Assembly (NCBI GenBank): GCA_013265495.1
Contig: MU061578.1
Location: 691,308-755,307 of the forward strand
Source of the DNA: Vicugna vicugna
Lineage: Eukaryota
Direction of reading: 5' to 3'
DNA: 64,000 nucleotides
Below the pieces are notes generated by a model, which searched no databases, was not told where the DNA came from, and saw only the letters and a program-made list of their open reading frames with translations. Each line of letters begins with the position of its first letter. The first letter of the stretch is position 1. Positions 38,601-52,245 of this stretch are shown here, one piece after another. The position numbers and the translations under genes are program-made.

Positions 38601-41377
38601 AGGTGGCTGATGTGTCTAACACATGTCCCATGTTTAGAATTGCCCTAAACTGATTTGTTGTGCATTATTTTTACTGAGATTGAAGGAGCAAGCCACAAAC
38701 TTCCTTTCAGTAAAATACAACCTCGCATGCTTTTTATGAATCTCTTGAATCGTCATTTCTTAAAAAAAAAAAAAAAAAAAAAAAAGAGAGCACTGGGGAC
38801 ATTTCCAGTCATGAGAACATACCAGTGTCTGAAGGCAGGTAGGGGTAGCAGCTTGAAAAAGCATGTTCGAGGTGATAATATACTTCTGTCCAGGATGAAT
38901 CCTGCTCTGTAAACTCTAGGGTGCAGGACTTTTCATAGTCTTTCTTGCCTCTAAATCAACTTAAGGCCATCTGTGAGCCCTTGGTTCGCTGCCATGATGG
39001 GGCAGCCTAGTTCATCACCGTCCCCTACAGACAGGCACCATCCAGCAGCCACATTCCAAAGCTGCCGCCTTACACAGAGCAAAGTGTTCCAAAAGCTACC
39101 TTCCTGGAAAGATGACAGAAATGTGCTGGGTAAACGAAGCCCAAAATTCATATTTCAGTTAGTCTTTCTGTCACCCCATTGCCTACTTGGAACTGTCTCC
39201 TGAAAAATCCTATCATCATAATATGAGCGATGGGAGGAATGCATGAATGTTTTTGGACAGGAGGGTGGCTTGACAAGGGCAAGAGGAACAGAGCTCTAAA
39301 CCTAGACACCAGGGAACTCCAGACTTGAAGTTACTGACATGATTTCCTTCATCTAAACCTCACCCAGTGGGAAACAACAGCCCCTAAAGGACCAAAAGCA
39401 CAAAGGGACTTTTCTTGGAGCTTCTCACCCTGAATGGAATTTCTCTTTCCACCTTAGTCTGGATGCTGGCGTATTTGCTCTCTTCTGAGTCCCTCGGCTC
39501 TCTCTATTTGCCTTGTTCTCCTGGATTTTCACTGGTCCCAACCAATGCAGACATACTCCATCCATTACTCTGACCAGTCCTTTCTCTTGCCTTATTTGTG
39601 GGCTCCTACAGCACATGCCTTTAGGCAGCTTCTACTCCCTGCTATGCGGAAATCTATAAGAAGATACCAATTTGACCAACACATGAAGCAGCACAAATTA
39701 ATAATTCAATAAATTATTGTCATTTTACAAATAATTCAATATGTGATTGTCATTTCACAGAGAAGGGAACACTCAATGAATGACAGCGAATATAATAATA
39801 TGTTTGATTTTATCTAGACTTAGTAATATCCACATTTTTCCCCTTTGGGTGAATACTGATGAAGATGGTTTTATTTTTGGTGGATTTTCTTTCTTCCCCC
39901 CTCCACCCACAATTTGTGGATCCCTTCCTGATTCCCCTCCATTTAGCTAATTAAAAAAAAAAGTTCTAAACTAAGTCCTAACTCCCTCTGTCTGCATCCA
40001 TTATCCGGAGGCTACAGTGGGGAGGGTGTAGACTGATGTTTGGGTTCACTGGGTACCTGAGGGTGTGAACGAGCTCCACCCTGCTCAGCCCCTGCCTGCC
40101 ACTCTATTTAAAATGGTATAAACTCAAAGTTTGGAAAAAGAGGACTTGAGAAGGAGTAGATGGAGATACACACACAAAAGAAAATCAGTTGTTCCCTGGG
40201 TGAATAAAAAGCATGTGGGTTGTTCACTCATTTTATTAAGAAAAAAAAAACTAACTCATAGAATATAATAAATGTACTTGATGCAATAATGATATAACCC
40301 AAGTTCATCGCTGATGGAGATTAATTCTCTGTCTCAAAATTGTAATAATTTAAATTCAAAGGGAAGATAAATAACTAGTGTCTTTCCTATTTTCTAGTAA
40401 ATTGCCTCAATTTAATCAGAAATATGGTTTTATTTTTCTTTGTTATCTAGTCTGTAAAGCAACAAATATGATTCTACTGAATTTATTTGAGATCACTTGT
40501 AATAAAAATAATTATAAGGATTAAAAAAATTTCCCCAATACTGCCCATTTTTTTAAAATCATGTTTATTTCAAGTCATTTTCATAATATGTTTGATTTTA
40601 TGCTAATATCATAGTACTGGAGAGTAACTACCTCTAGATCAACTTGAGTAAGTTTAATTATGGGCCCCATAATGAGAAACACCCTACTCTTTTCCAAAAG
40701 TGAAAAGATTAACAAAGTGACACCATTTAACAAATACTTCTAAATTTGATAAGTAATGCTAAGTCAGGTAATTGTTTGGGGTAAATGGAGGGAATGAAGG
40801 GTTGAAAAGAAAAGGTTGAATGCTCAAGTTGGTCTACATTTTGTTAGGAGACATTTCTTGCCAAAATCATCAATAGAGAGAGAGAGGTGGAGAGAGAGCG
40901 AGAGAGATGGGGTTGGGAGCAGAAACATCTTTCTAGGGCTGTAGTGATAAATAAATGTATTTGCAGGAAAACATCAAAACAGTAGCCATGAAGATATCTT
41001 TTAACCTTCTACAGCTGCTAACTACAGCTGTTACCCTAAGTATGGTACTGAGAACACACAGACCATAGTGAGAACTTGAGAGAATTTCTCTCCACAGGAG
41101 AGTCTTTAATTTGACAAGGGAGAAATGCTACCATTTTGGGGGGGGGGGTTGGGGAGGGTTTGTATTCGTTCTGAAGTTAATCAAGCAGTTGGCTCCACTC
41201 ACTCGACAGCACGGTGGCTGTCGTGAACAGAGCCCTTCTCTTCTGCCCTTTAAGCCTTTAAGACTCTTTCCTACAGTCCAGGAAGAGGAGCACGGATTAA
41301 AGAAATCGGCAGCAAACTTGTAAAAAGAATGACTCCGGGAGGAAACAAGGATGGCATGCACGTTAATGAATACTTAC

Positions 41378-41417
41378 ATAAATGTCTGCACCATAAAATC
41401 CATCCTGGTAAACAACA
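41378..41417 (-). CDS. RBFOX1: RBFOX1 alternative exon B40 (neural/non-muscle), (G)VVYQDGFYGADIY
   Basis: Minus strand: cccttgcag|TGTTGTTTACCAGGATGGATTTTATGGTGCAGACATTTAT|gtaagt. Exactly 40 nt; phase fits the 133-nt and 65-nt exons. Confidence 0.96.
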
Positions 41418-41999
41418 CTGCAAGGGTGCACACACAAAGAGAAACATCCATATTAGTGCATTTCCCCATGCAGACACACCAACCCCTGCACTGGCGAAGT
41501 TAGTCTGCTCACAAGATCCGAAACACAGGAACCGAGGATCGTTTTCACTTTGGTTAAGGAGGTTGGAGACAACAGCCGTCCATCAGACCGAGGAAATTAG
41601 GCTGGGGTCCGGCGTTGGCCCAGATTCAGGATGGGGTGGCGTGCCGGATACCCGACCTCCCGACCTTTCAGGAGGCAGGCAGAAATGCAAAGAGGATTGA
41701 CGTTTATTTTAAGTGGTCTGCTAAAAAGGCTTATAAAGGAGGGTCAGAGTTTGCATTCAGTCAAACCACCTCACTCCCCCTGGAAAAAAAAAATCATCTG
41801 CTTAAAATATATGACTGATCAGAGGAGGGGTGTGGACGTCACATTTTCAGTGTGGGTTATAGCTGAATGACTTCAGGGGAGTTGGGTAATTCAGGTGACT
41901 TCAGAAATTTTCTATATTCTTTCACAGTATAGTATTCTAGGTGGTAATTCCATGGGCCACTCTTTTGTGGTAAATGTAGAATATCTCTAATTATACAAG

Positions 42000-42330
42000 T
42001 GTGTGAACATGTGTGTATATGTATGTGCAAGACTAAGTTGTGTGTTTGGATACAAGTGTGTGCTTCATGTACATGAATGCATCTGAATGCACATATGTGT
42101 TAGTTTGTACATGTACATGCACACGTGTGCATGTGTATACCATGTGCACAAGTGCATATGTACACCTTATACACATAGGCCCATGTGTATAAGTTGACAG
42201 ATGTGCATGTATATATGAATGTATACAGTGTGCATATAATGTGTGTGGTAGTAGGCATTTGCACATCTGTGTATACATGTATGCTCATGTGTGCATATGT
42301 GAGTATGTGCATGTATCTGTGTATATATTT
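42000..42330. repeat. Degenerate (TG/TA/CA) alternating purine-pyrimidine tract
   Basis: About 330 bp of gtgtgc/atgtat/acatgt units. Confidence 0.85.
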
Positions 42331-43399
42331 GCATAAATTATACCCAGACTAACCAAACCCCACATTAGGTTTGAACAAGCCTGGTCTCTCAGCAGCTCTC
42401 TGATGCATACAGTTATCCCAGAGAGAAGGGATTTCACAGGACAGGGTCAGAAAAAGATCCTGGGCTTCTCCAGAAGTTTCCTGGTATAGCTTGAGTGAAA
42501 TAGCCAGAGAAAGAAGCTCACAGCTATGTGATCGTGGGAAACTGACTTACAATTCCTAAGCATTAAAGTGGGTTTAAGTAAGGCTCCCACGTAGCCTGCA
42601 CACCTCACTGGCTTTTGTGAAGATCACAGGATATTGTAAATATAAAAATGTGGGTTTCTAAAGGCATGTTTCCCAAAGGATAGCAATTGTTATTAATAAC
42701 CTTCCCTGATATCTTCCCATGGAGTTTACAGATGATTTATGATTCTGGCAAAGGACCAATGAGCCCCACTGTCGAATGGAGCTGGGGTCTTATGAAGCAT
42801 GGCTTTGATTACCGAAGGATTCCAGCAGGTTTCAGAAGCAGAGTGGACCCGCAGGTAAGCCAAGCACATGGCGAGCCGGTGGGGGGGGGCGCTTGACAAC
42901 ACACACATGCACACACGCACACGGCAGTGACACTGGTTTGCTGGAGAACACTGCAGTGCGCTTCTCAGAGGTTTTCAGAGTTGATTGGCTGACCCCCAAG
43001 TACCATTATCTTTAAAAACGTGGCAGGGATTTCGCTGGCTAAGGAGGTTGGTAGGAACCGCTTTCAGCTGTTTTCTTTTGGATCGAAAGGGCTACGGTTC
43101 ACAAGAGCACTTGTCAAGCAGTGTAAAACCCTAATCCGAGATGCTGAGGTGTGCGGCAGCGGAGCTCCGCTTTGATTTCTCTTTCAACATTTTCAACATA
43201 AAAAGATAGTATCTGTTAGGGGTCAGAAGGCAGGGCCAGCCTCTGCCAACAAGCCTGAGCCCAAAGCCGATTGTTCAACCAAATCAAAACAGCTTGGCCC
43301 CATTCCTCCATGCCGTTTTGCTTTTGCACCTGCTGTTCCTTGTGCAGGGATGGCCTTGTCTCCTGACAGCCTCATCCAAAGGCAGAAAAGCCAAGTGAG

Positions 43400-43590
43400 G
43401 TGGGAAACGCACGGGGATCTCAGTCACAGCCGCACCAGTGAGCAGCTCTGGGCCCTGGGACTAATGACATATGCTGTCTGAGCCTTACTTATTCATCTGC
43501 GAAATGGGGAGAGGTTAGTAAGTCCCCACATCGAGGGACGACTTAGTGAGAAAATGTGTGCAAAGCCATGAGCAAGGTCCTTGCCATCAA
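43400..43590 (+). mobile_element. MIR SINE
   Basis: 'tctgagcctt...catctgcgaaatgggga...aatgtgtgcaaagc'. Confidence 0.6.
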
Positions 43591-45174
43591 ATGTCACGTC
43601 TACGAGCTTTATCCAATGCCCACCCAAAGCGGGGTTTCCCCCCTCCTGTAAATAATACCAATGTCACGTTGTTTCCTGATCCTCACTTGGCCAAACAAAT
43701 GTAAATCCTGGTCAAATGTGAAATGCATTTGTGTATGTGTCTCATTTTGCCCTGAAAGTTGCACTCAATAGCTTACTCGACATTCTCTCCCACTTAATAG
43801 CTACCACGTTGCTTTTCACCAGGAAGATGTACAATAAATATTTATTGAGTGAATATTGCCCATAACTTAAGGGGGGAGGCTGGGTATAAGGAGGTAATGG
43901 AAGGCGACCCAGTGCCATTCTAGGTTAGAATTTGGATCTGGTTATTCGGCATCAGTGGCTGTTGTCAGTGGACGAGGGGAAGGGGGATACAGTTCAAAAA
44001 TTGGAACCTGACTTAGGGGACCAGTGCGAGAGGCTAGACAGAATGTGATCCAGGTGTGAACAATAGATTAATATTTAACCAAATATAATATCCATTCAAA
44101 TATAGAAAGAGATGCCTTTGTCTAAATACTTGTAGGGGGCACCCCATCTGCGCCTGCTCATCTGTGAATAACGGAGCAGACGCTGGGGGCTGTTCCAGTG
44201 GGCACGTGGTGTGGGCCAGGAGTGGCTGAGGCTGAGCTCCGGCCATGAAAGGGGCCCCCTTTTTTTCACCAGGACGAACTCTCATGCACCGTGGCCAGCT
44301 GTGTGCCGCCGTGTCCAGCCTCTCTGGACTAATAACTCCCAGAAGCTGGCCCCGGTGTTTGCCTTAGTCTCAGCTGCCACGCTCCACCCTCCACTGCGGA
44401 CCATGGAAAATGACTCTGGGACTCTGATGCATCCGACATTTACGAGACAGAGACCCCCAGGGCAAGTGTGACCGGGTGTCTTACACGGACAGGCTCAAAC
44501 AAACCAAATGATAAGTACAAGTGATTTCTCTGCTGTTGAAGTGCTTACGATACTCTGGCAAGGCTCAGGGAGCCGAGAGAGCAAGTCCACTTGCCAAGTC
44601 TGCCCTCGGGGGGCTTACAGGGAGGCACAAAGCAGGTGCGCAGATGTAAGGTGGCGGCCGTGACCGTTGCTGCAGAGGAGGGGGACCGTGACGCTCTGAA
44701 CCGGTGACGGAAGGAGGAGGGCTGGCAACAGAGGTGAGGGACCCCCAGCAAATGCCCCAGAAATCCCAGGGCCTTAGCTAGCTTGGGTGCAACTTTCAAG
44801 GCAAAATGAGCCACGGTTAGGGAGGAAGTCGATGCAAGGTCCAACGTCCGGAGGGTCCAGGGAATAATTTCTACTTTTGAGGAGTTTCAGAGGCCCTGAA
44901 TGTCGTGGCTTCCCCAAGAAAGGAAACGGAGAATTCTAGATGCTATTACAAACCACACTGCTTGTCTCCACTAAGTACACCTGCACGTTTTGGAGAGAGA
45001 AGAACGAGAGGGTGGGTGACCTGCCTTCACGGTAACTCTAAAACATTAGCAATCCATATGGTTGTCCTCACTGGCAGTGGGAAACGAAGCCACTTTCTGG
45101 GCTGTGAGTTTCACCACAAGGCTGTGTGTGTGTGTGTGTGGTTTTTTTTCCCCTAAGCTACTAGTCATAGCACA

Positions 45175-45395
45175 AATACGATTACCACCGCTCCTCACCT
45201 CTAGAGAGCGATTACTCTGTGTCAGTCCCTAGTCTGACCTAATTGTCATTATCCCACCTAATCCTCAAAACACCCCTATGAGATGGATAATGTTATTATA
45301 GCCTCTTTAGACAGAAAGAAAGTGAAGTGGAGAGAGCCAGGTATTGACTAAGCTGGGATTCCTGCCCAGGTCGTGCCGGTTTCACAGCCCAAACT
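45175..45395 (-). mobile_element. MIR SINE
   Basis: 'taatcctcaaaacacccctatgagatgg...tattatagcctctttagacagaaag'. Confidence 0.65.
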
Positions 45396-45416
45396 CCCAA
45401 CTGCGACGGCAGGCAG

Positions 45417-45590
45417 CAGCGGTCAGGCTTCCGGGGGGCTTGTTGTAACACAGAAGCCTGGGCCCCACACCCGGTCCCGAGGTGCTGAATCAACAGGTCT
45501 GGATGGGAGCGAGCACTGGGCGGGGCTGGGTCTGAGAACTTGCATTTTTTAATAAGTAACCAGGGATGCTGACGCTGGTGGTCCACAGGT
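45417..45590. mobile_element. MER5A-like element
   Basis: 'gggcttgttgtaacacaga...gggccccac...ctgaatcaacaggtctgg...gaacttgcattttttaataag...gatgctgacgctggtggtcc'. Confidence 0.7.
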
Positions 45591-46269
45591 TTCTTTTACT
45601 TTCCATTTCCATGACAACACTGATGGCCAGCTCCCCAGGTCCTGTTCTAAGCAGGAGCTAGTTATAGGAAAGTTCTCACGCAGTCTCATGCTGGTTTCCA
45701 AAATGCACATTTTTTTATTTACACTCACACATTACATACTTTTTAAAACCCCACAAAAGAGGTGCACTTAAAGTATCAGATACGGAGGGAAAGGAGGGCA
45801 GGGGTTGATGTCTAGTACGTAGCTACAGATAAATCAGTCACAGCCCCGTCGCCAGGGAAGGGAGCTGCCCTCATGCACTGAGCAGGTGCAGCCCTATTTG
45901 AATGCAGAGGCAGTCTGTCTAGCCATGCAAAGGTAATTGTATTGCTTGTCAATCACTTCGGGACGGCAATCTGCTTTTGCAAGAACATAATGCAAATGCA
46001 CATCTCATTTTCTTAGAAAGGCAGTAACAGTAGTTAAATATTTGGATGAATGCAAGCAGGGGATGATTGCACTACGGCAAATTAGTTTACCTTATAAAAA
46101 AGGAAAGAAAGTATGGGATGCCCAAGGTATACAGTCTGTTTGTGCAATGTAATATGTCCCAACCACAAATATATTCTTGAAGGAAAGATTATTTAAAGCT
46201 GCTCTATCTTACTGCCCATTCCAAGTGGAAAATACATTTTTTAGTGTATTCAAATCTAGTTGTTTTTGA

Positions 46270-46427
46270 ATGGCTATCAGGTGGGTCCATGAACTCCCTG
46301 GCATTTGTATAGAATTGTGTGTTGTGTGTACACCAACATTTTCCTGGGGAAAATACATATTTTAATTAGATCATCAAAAACACCTGTGACATTTCACTCT
46401 TTCCCCCCAAATGTAAGAACCACTGAC
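46270..46427. mobile_element. hAT-Charlie-type MITE fragment
   Basis: 'gggtccatgaactccctg...tttcctgggga...taagaaccactg' terminal motif. Confidence 0.55.
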
Positions 46428-49400
46428 TTAACAGTGTTTGCGTCTAAATGCACTCAATTAAGAGTTTTTTTTTTTTTTCAAATGTAAGAGGTTACATTTT
46501 AAAGCTGGCTGAGGATGCAAATAAGAATTCACAACAAAAACAACAAACTAAGAAGCTAGAAAGAATTCTGGAAGGTATTCTGTGAAAGGGGATGCTGACT
46601 TTGAAGTTCTTGATGTTGGTGTAAATTGAGAAAGTTTCTAAGCAACAGATAATACGAGGTGAGGATGCGGCATGTGTAAATGAAAACCAAAAGGCGTGAT
46701 TGATTTATAGAAAGAAAGGTCCACAACACAGCCCTAGAGGCTCCTCCTGGACCAAACCTGAACGCACTCCCAAGGGATCTGTGTGTGGCTTTCATTCTCG
46801 CACTGGCCAACAGTTAAGTCTCTTCCTGGGATGTTACCATGTCTTTCCTACACCCCAAGTAGCACAGTCTTCTCAAAATGCTGCTCAAGGCAACTCTGAG
46901 GAGTTGTACAGAGATATGTCATAACTAATTACCTGAAAAAGCACAGAATAACTTGCTGCAAGATACTCAGAGAACCAAGACCAAAACCCTAGAGCCAATG
47001 CTGGATGCTTAATGTAGGATAATAACTAAAAAAAATATTTCCTATGGTTCTCTATAAGGGACCCTGCTGCATCTCCATACAATAGGCTTGGTACCTAGGA
47101 GGCACCTGATAAGGTGTTGTTTAATAATTAATTAACTAATTAAGAACAAGAACTCGGTGAGGCCAATCTCATGGAGGTTTTAGGGGGAGAGGATTGTGGT
47201 TTAGCTGCCGTCCTCTAACGTCAGATGTGCTGAGTCTGGCGCATGTGTATCTGACACTTCTACCTGCCATCTTCATCCACAGATCATCCGCCTGCAGCAA
47301 TTACTCAATGGCTAATTTCTCCCAAACATGAGTCATAGGAAGACAGACTAAACGTTGTTGTTGTCTATAGAAACTGACTCTGGGATCAAACGCTAGGGGA
47401 AATATGGACGACATGGTCCATTCAGTTCTCTCTGAGACTGTCCACTGTTTATTATTTTATCTCCAATCTCCATATTCCATCAATTATTGAAGGGCCTCTG
47501 TCCAAAGCCATCCTTGTGGCTCACGGGGGGATGGAGGTCTGGGAACGGCTGGAGTCCCCCAGCCAAGGAGAAAGTGATGCATAGAAAGAGAGATCTGCCT
47601 GGGTACTCAACACAGGCATTAGGGGACCCTGGAAAAGAGAAGAGTATGGGCAGCTAATAGAAAGTCAATAACTGTATCAACAGCAACACCAGTAGCTACA
47701 GTTCACTTAGCACGTGTTGCTGGATGGAACTGATCCAGCTGTAAACTTACATGGACCTCCCTATTTCATCCTCTATCAACCCTACAATGGCAGGAACAGT
47801 CTCTCCTCTCCTGCGAAGGCAACCGTGCCTGCAGAGGTGAAGTCTGCTACCCAGGGCAGTCTGAGATAGAGCAGCAGGAGCCAATCTTACCTGCCCTGTA
47901 GTCTGTGTCTTAAAAGACCGTAACAGTTCTGTGGATTAACCCTCTAACTCATCACCCACTCTCGCTCAATGTTGGCAATCCATAAGGAGCTGACTGGCTC
48001 AATCTAGGGCTTACCCCCATGTCCATGATCCCTCCATGGTCCAAGCACAGCCCCCACCCAACCCCAGGCATGATCATGTATTCATGTCCCAATAAACGTC
48101 TATTTAGCTGTGTGGAGAGGAGATTAGAGTTCTTCATAACCTATACTCCTTACTTGCTGGGAGGGGTTTTAGAAAATATTAGGAAGTGATGGGGAAAAAA
48201 ATAACAAATCAATAAAAGGAAATAGATGAAATATAAGGGCATCCTTAGTGAATGCTCCTATGTGACTATCTTGATGTTGGATCCTTCCAAAGGTCACCCA
48301 AGGCTCTACAAAGGTAGTCATGGAGGGTCTGTGGAAATTTTTTTTTCCAATTGTTCAAAAAATAAAAGTGGAAGCTATCCATGGACATAGGCTGCATGAC
48401 GCATTTTTGGTTGAAATTTTAGTAACAAACTGTATTTCATACTGGATACTTCATGAAGAACAGAGGTTTAGGTGGACAGACAGGGCTTCAATTGGTGATG
48501 ATGGGAAAAATAAATTCTTCCTCACTAAATGCAGTTTGCTAGGTGATGGCTTAAAAAAAGATGAGGATCTCTGGATGTGAGGGAGGATTGCAGAATGTGA
48601 TCTTAACATAGCAGTTTAGGGAGTGATTGGCTTTAAATGCGTCCTGTATTTCTTCTTTTGCTGGGAGCCTTCTCTAAACACCCAGGGTGGGCTGAGACCC
48701 TCCCTGGTGCTCACTCAACACCCTGCCTTATCACTGATCACATTCATTGGAACTGTTAGCTTCTGTGGTGGCGCCTGCACCTGACCGTAAGAAACTCTTC
48801 CAAAGATGCCATGTGTCTCAGCATCCTTAGTGCAAGACAGTGCTTGGAGCTGAGAGAAGCAGCATTAAGCTGAACTGAACTGGAGGAAAGACATTAGTCA
48901 AATCTGGAGGCTCTTCCCTTAGAGGACTTTGAAGACACACAGCTATAGGAAATCTACACTATCTCTGGGACCCCATGAATCCTGATAATGTCACTTCCTG
49001 GAAATGGAAGTGAGTTTCCAACTTCTCTGCTACTTGTTTCCACGCTCACAGATCAGGGCTCTCTCTACTCCAGCCAGTGTCTGCTCTGTGTCCTGCTCTG
49101 GTCTTCTTCTCTCCAAAATGATCTCCCCTGATGCCCTACAGACTCTTACAACCTGAGCCAATGAAGATGCTCAGTTCACACTTTTTCATTTGGTGCCAAA
49201 GCACTCCAGGCAGTTTGTAATCCAGCAAAACACTCACACATCTAGCTGAATTTCCTCCTTTTTGACCTGTACTCTACCCTTATGGACCCTGCAGATATGG
49301 ATTCCGCCCCCCACCCCAAGCCCTTCCTCATTTCCTACTCCTCCCATCTGGAGAATTGTATCTTCCTGCTAAGTGTGGTTTCGGAATTCCAGCCATAATA

Positions 49401-50519
49401 TTGTCAGCAAAGAGGCACCATCTACCATTGTAACCAAAATGATTAGGAAGATCACTGAAATATTAAAATCAAATCATGGTCGAAGCAGTCACAAACTATG
49501 AACAGGTTCTACCGCTTGGAGATGCCTGGGCCTCTCCCTGGTGAATGTGGCATTAATTAGTTATGCATGGTTATTTCCAGCAAAGAGCAAGTTCTTTATA
49601 AGTTAGCAAATTTCAATTTTACAGCAGGTGTGTTATTCTGAGGTTTTTATGAATTGTTCATGTGAGAATAAGCCATATAATTTTATTTTTTTCTGTTTAA
49701 TATAGTAGTGAGATACCAAGGGGAAGTAGATGCAAAAGCTACAATTACCATCTACTAAGGTAAGATAATGATTTTCAGACAAACTAATGTGATGTAAACA
49801 TGTAATTTTGCATTTATGGCTTATGAATCTTGCTTTAGAAATTACATGAGCCTAGAGAGTAACTTTAACTTTTTTTATTCTTCATAACTCTTTAGATTGT
49901 CTTGGGAATAATAAATCTTTGTTTCTGCTTTTCTGGATCTATAAAATGGGCTCAGTCCTGTCGCTGAAGATACGGATTATACTATCAATGATTCCTTACA
50001 ACACACGGTCAGATATAGAAGACTTTGGACCTGCAGATGCATTACTTTGGAGGGTCGGGAGAATTTAGGGCCAGTTTATCCTTGGTTCATTATTATCCTC
50101 CACCTTCTTGGTAAAAATAAACATTTTCTTTGCAGCAGTATTGACCGAAATCTAACGTCAACACAAGAAATGATGGACATTGTCCTATTTCTCTGCTTTT
50201 ACTTTCTCTTCCTGATGATTTCACTGAGTTTCATTTCTTAATTTTCTTAACTTGGTTTCATTGCATTTTTTTAAACACTTCAAAGGCTCTACTTTGGAAG
50301 GGGTGAGATGCGAATAAATAATGAACAAAGAGTATTTCCCTTTGTCATCAGCATAATAGAGATGATCTAGGCTAATTCTATAAGCTGCAGAGCTAAAGAG
50401 AATGCATTTAACCCTTTTCACATCATCCTGAATATAGCCAGATTCTTTCTGCAGACCAGAAAGCCAGTCACTGGCCAGAGAATCCTCATGCCAGATTGTG
50501 GTGGGCATAGCCGAAAGTT

Positions 50520-50722
50520 TTCCTTAAAGAAGTGCCACTGGCATTTGGGGCTGGATAACTTTTGGGTCTTGGGGGAGGGGGCAGGGGGCTGTTCTGTGCA
50601 GGAAAGGATGTGTGGCAGCTTCCTTGGCCTCTAACCACAAGGTACCTTCATACCTCCCTGCTCCAGCTGTGACAACTCAAATCGTCTCCAGACATTCCAA
50701 ATGTCCTGTGAGGACCACTACC
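50520..50722 (+). mobile_element. MER20-like hAT-Charlie element
   Basis: 'ggcatttggggctggataactt...gggggctgttctgtgca...ggatgtgtggcagcttccttggcctcta...tgtgacaactcaaatcgtctccagacatt'. Orientation uncertain. Confidence 0.8.
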
Positions 50723-51384
50723 TTAGAGACTTCCCTCTCTCTGATTCCAGGGGAAGGGGTCAGAATCTTCTAGGAGAATTCCTAACAGGAAGGCAGAAAG
50801 GGTAGCATTTCAAGACTGCAGCCTATCACAACAGTATCAATTCTTTTTTTTTTTTTTTGAGCATTCACCATCATTCCTTGATATTCACTTGGCAATAACA
50901 AAGCCCAGGCACAAAAAGACCAAACGGGCCACCGGGGACAAATTATTCTGCATTTTCCTCCACGAAGGTAAAGGAAGGCCAAGGCCATTTTGGGAAATCC
51001 AGCTAAACGAGTCTTAATTCGGATTTCATTGAACTTGAAGAGTTTGCATGGGACTCCACACCTAATTTTCTCTTCTGGGCCAAAGGTGCATACACCCTGA
51101 AGCGTTAAGATGTCTCTGGGGAGGGCAGCAAGACCACCCCAGTGATTTTTACGTTTGAAAACCTCCCGTCCCTCCGCAGAGGGGATTCAAGGGGCACATG
51201 TGATCCAACCTCCTTAATCACCAGATGTTTGCAATCATCAGAAAGACGTCTTTGGCTGTAACCGTTTCTCTGTTCTCCAGCATTCAGTCTCAAAGAGAAT
51301 TTCCATAACAACATGTGACATGTAGAATGCTTAAAGGCACCAACCATGACAAGACAAATTACACTCATTTTTCAAGACTCTGCA

Positions 51385-51859
<475 letters not shown>

Positions 51860-51974
51860 TTAGCTGGTGGTCCGTGTGCCCAAGGGCAAGGGCAGCCATT
51901 CACAAAGAATCGTTAATAACGGGAGGAAAAGCTCACTGCACACACCTAAACTTCTAAAGAGGTAAACTGTCCGA

Positions 51975-52245
51975 TGTATGTGCGATGCGTTCTCACATCT
52001 ACCTATCATCCATGTATCTATCCACACACAAAGACACATATGCATATTGTGTGTAATGTATTTGGGGATGAGCACACAATGTGCTTATGTGTATGCCTGC
52101 GTTTATAAGTATGCGTGCTTCTGTGAGAAGGTTTGTATATGTGTGTGTAAGTGTGCGTGTGTGTCTGTGAATATGTACGTGTGCATATTTCTTATGTGTG
52201 AGGATGTATATAATGTATATAATTAAATGTATCTATACATACATA
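51975..52245. repeat. Degenerate TG/TA-rich low-complexity tract
   Basis: tgtgtg/tatgtg/gtgtgc units. Confidence 0.8.
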
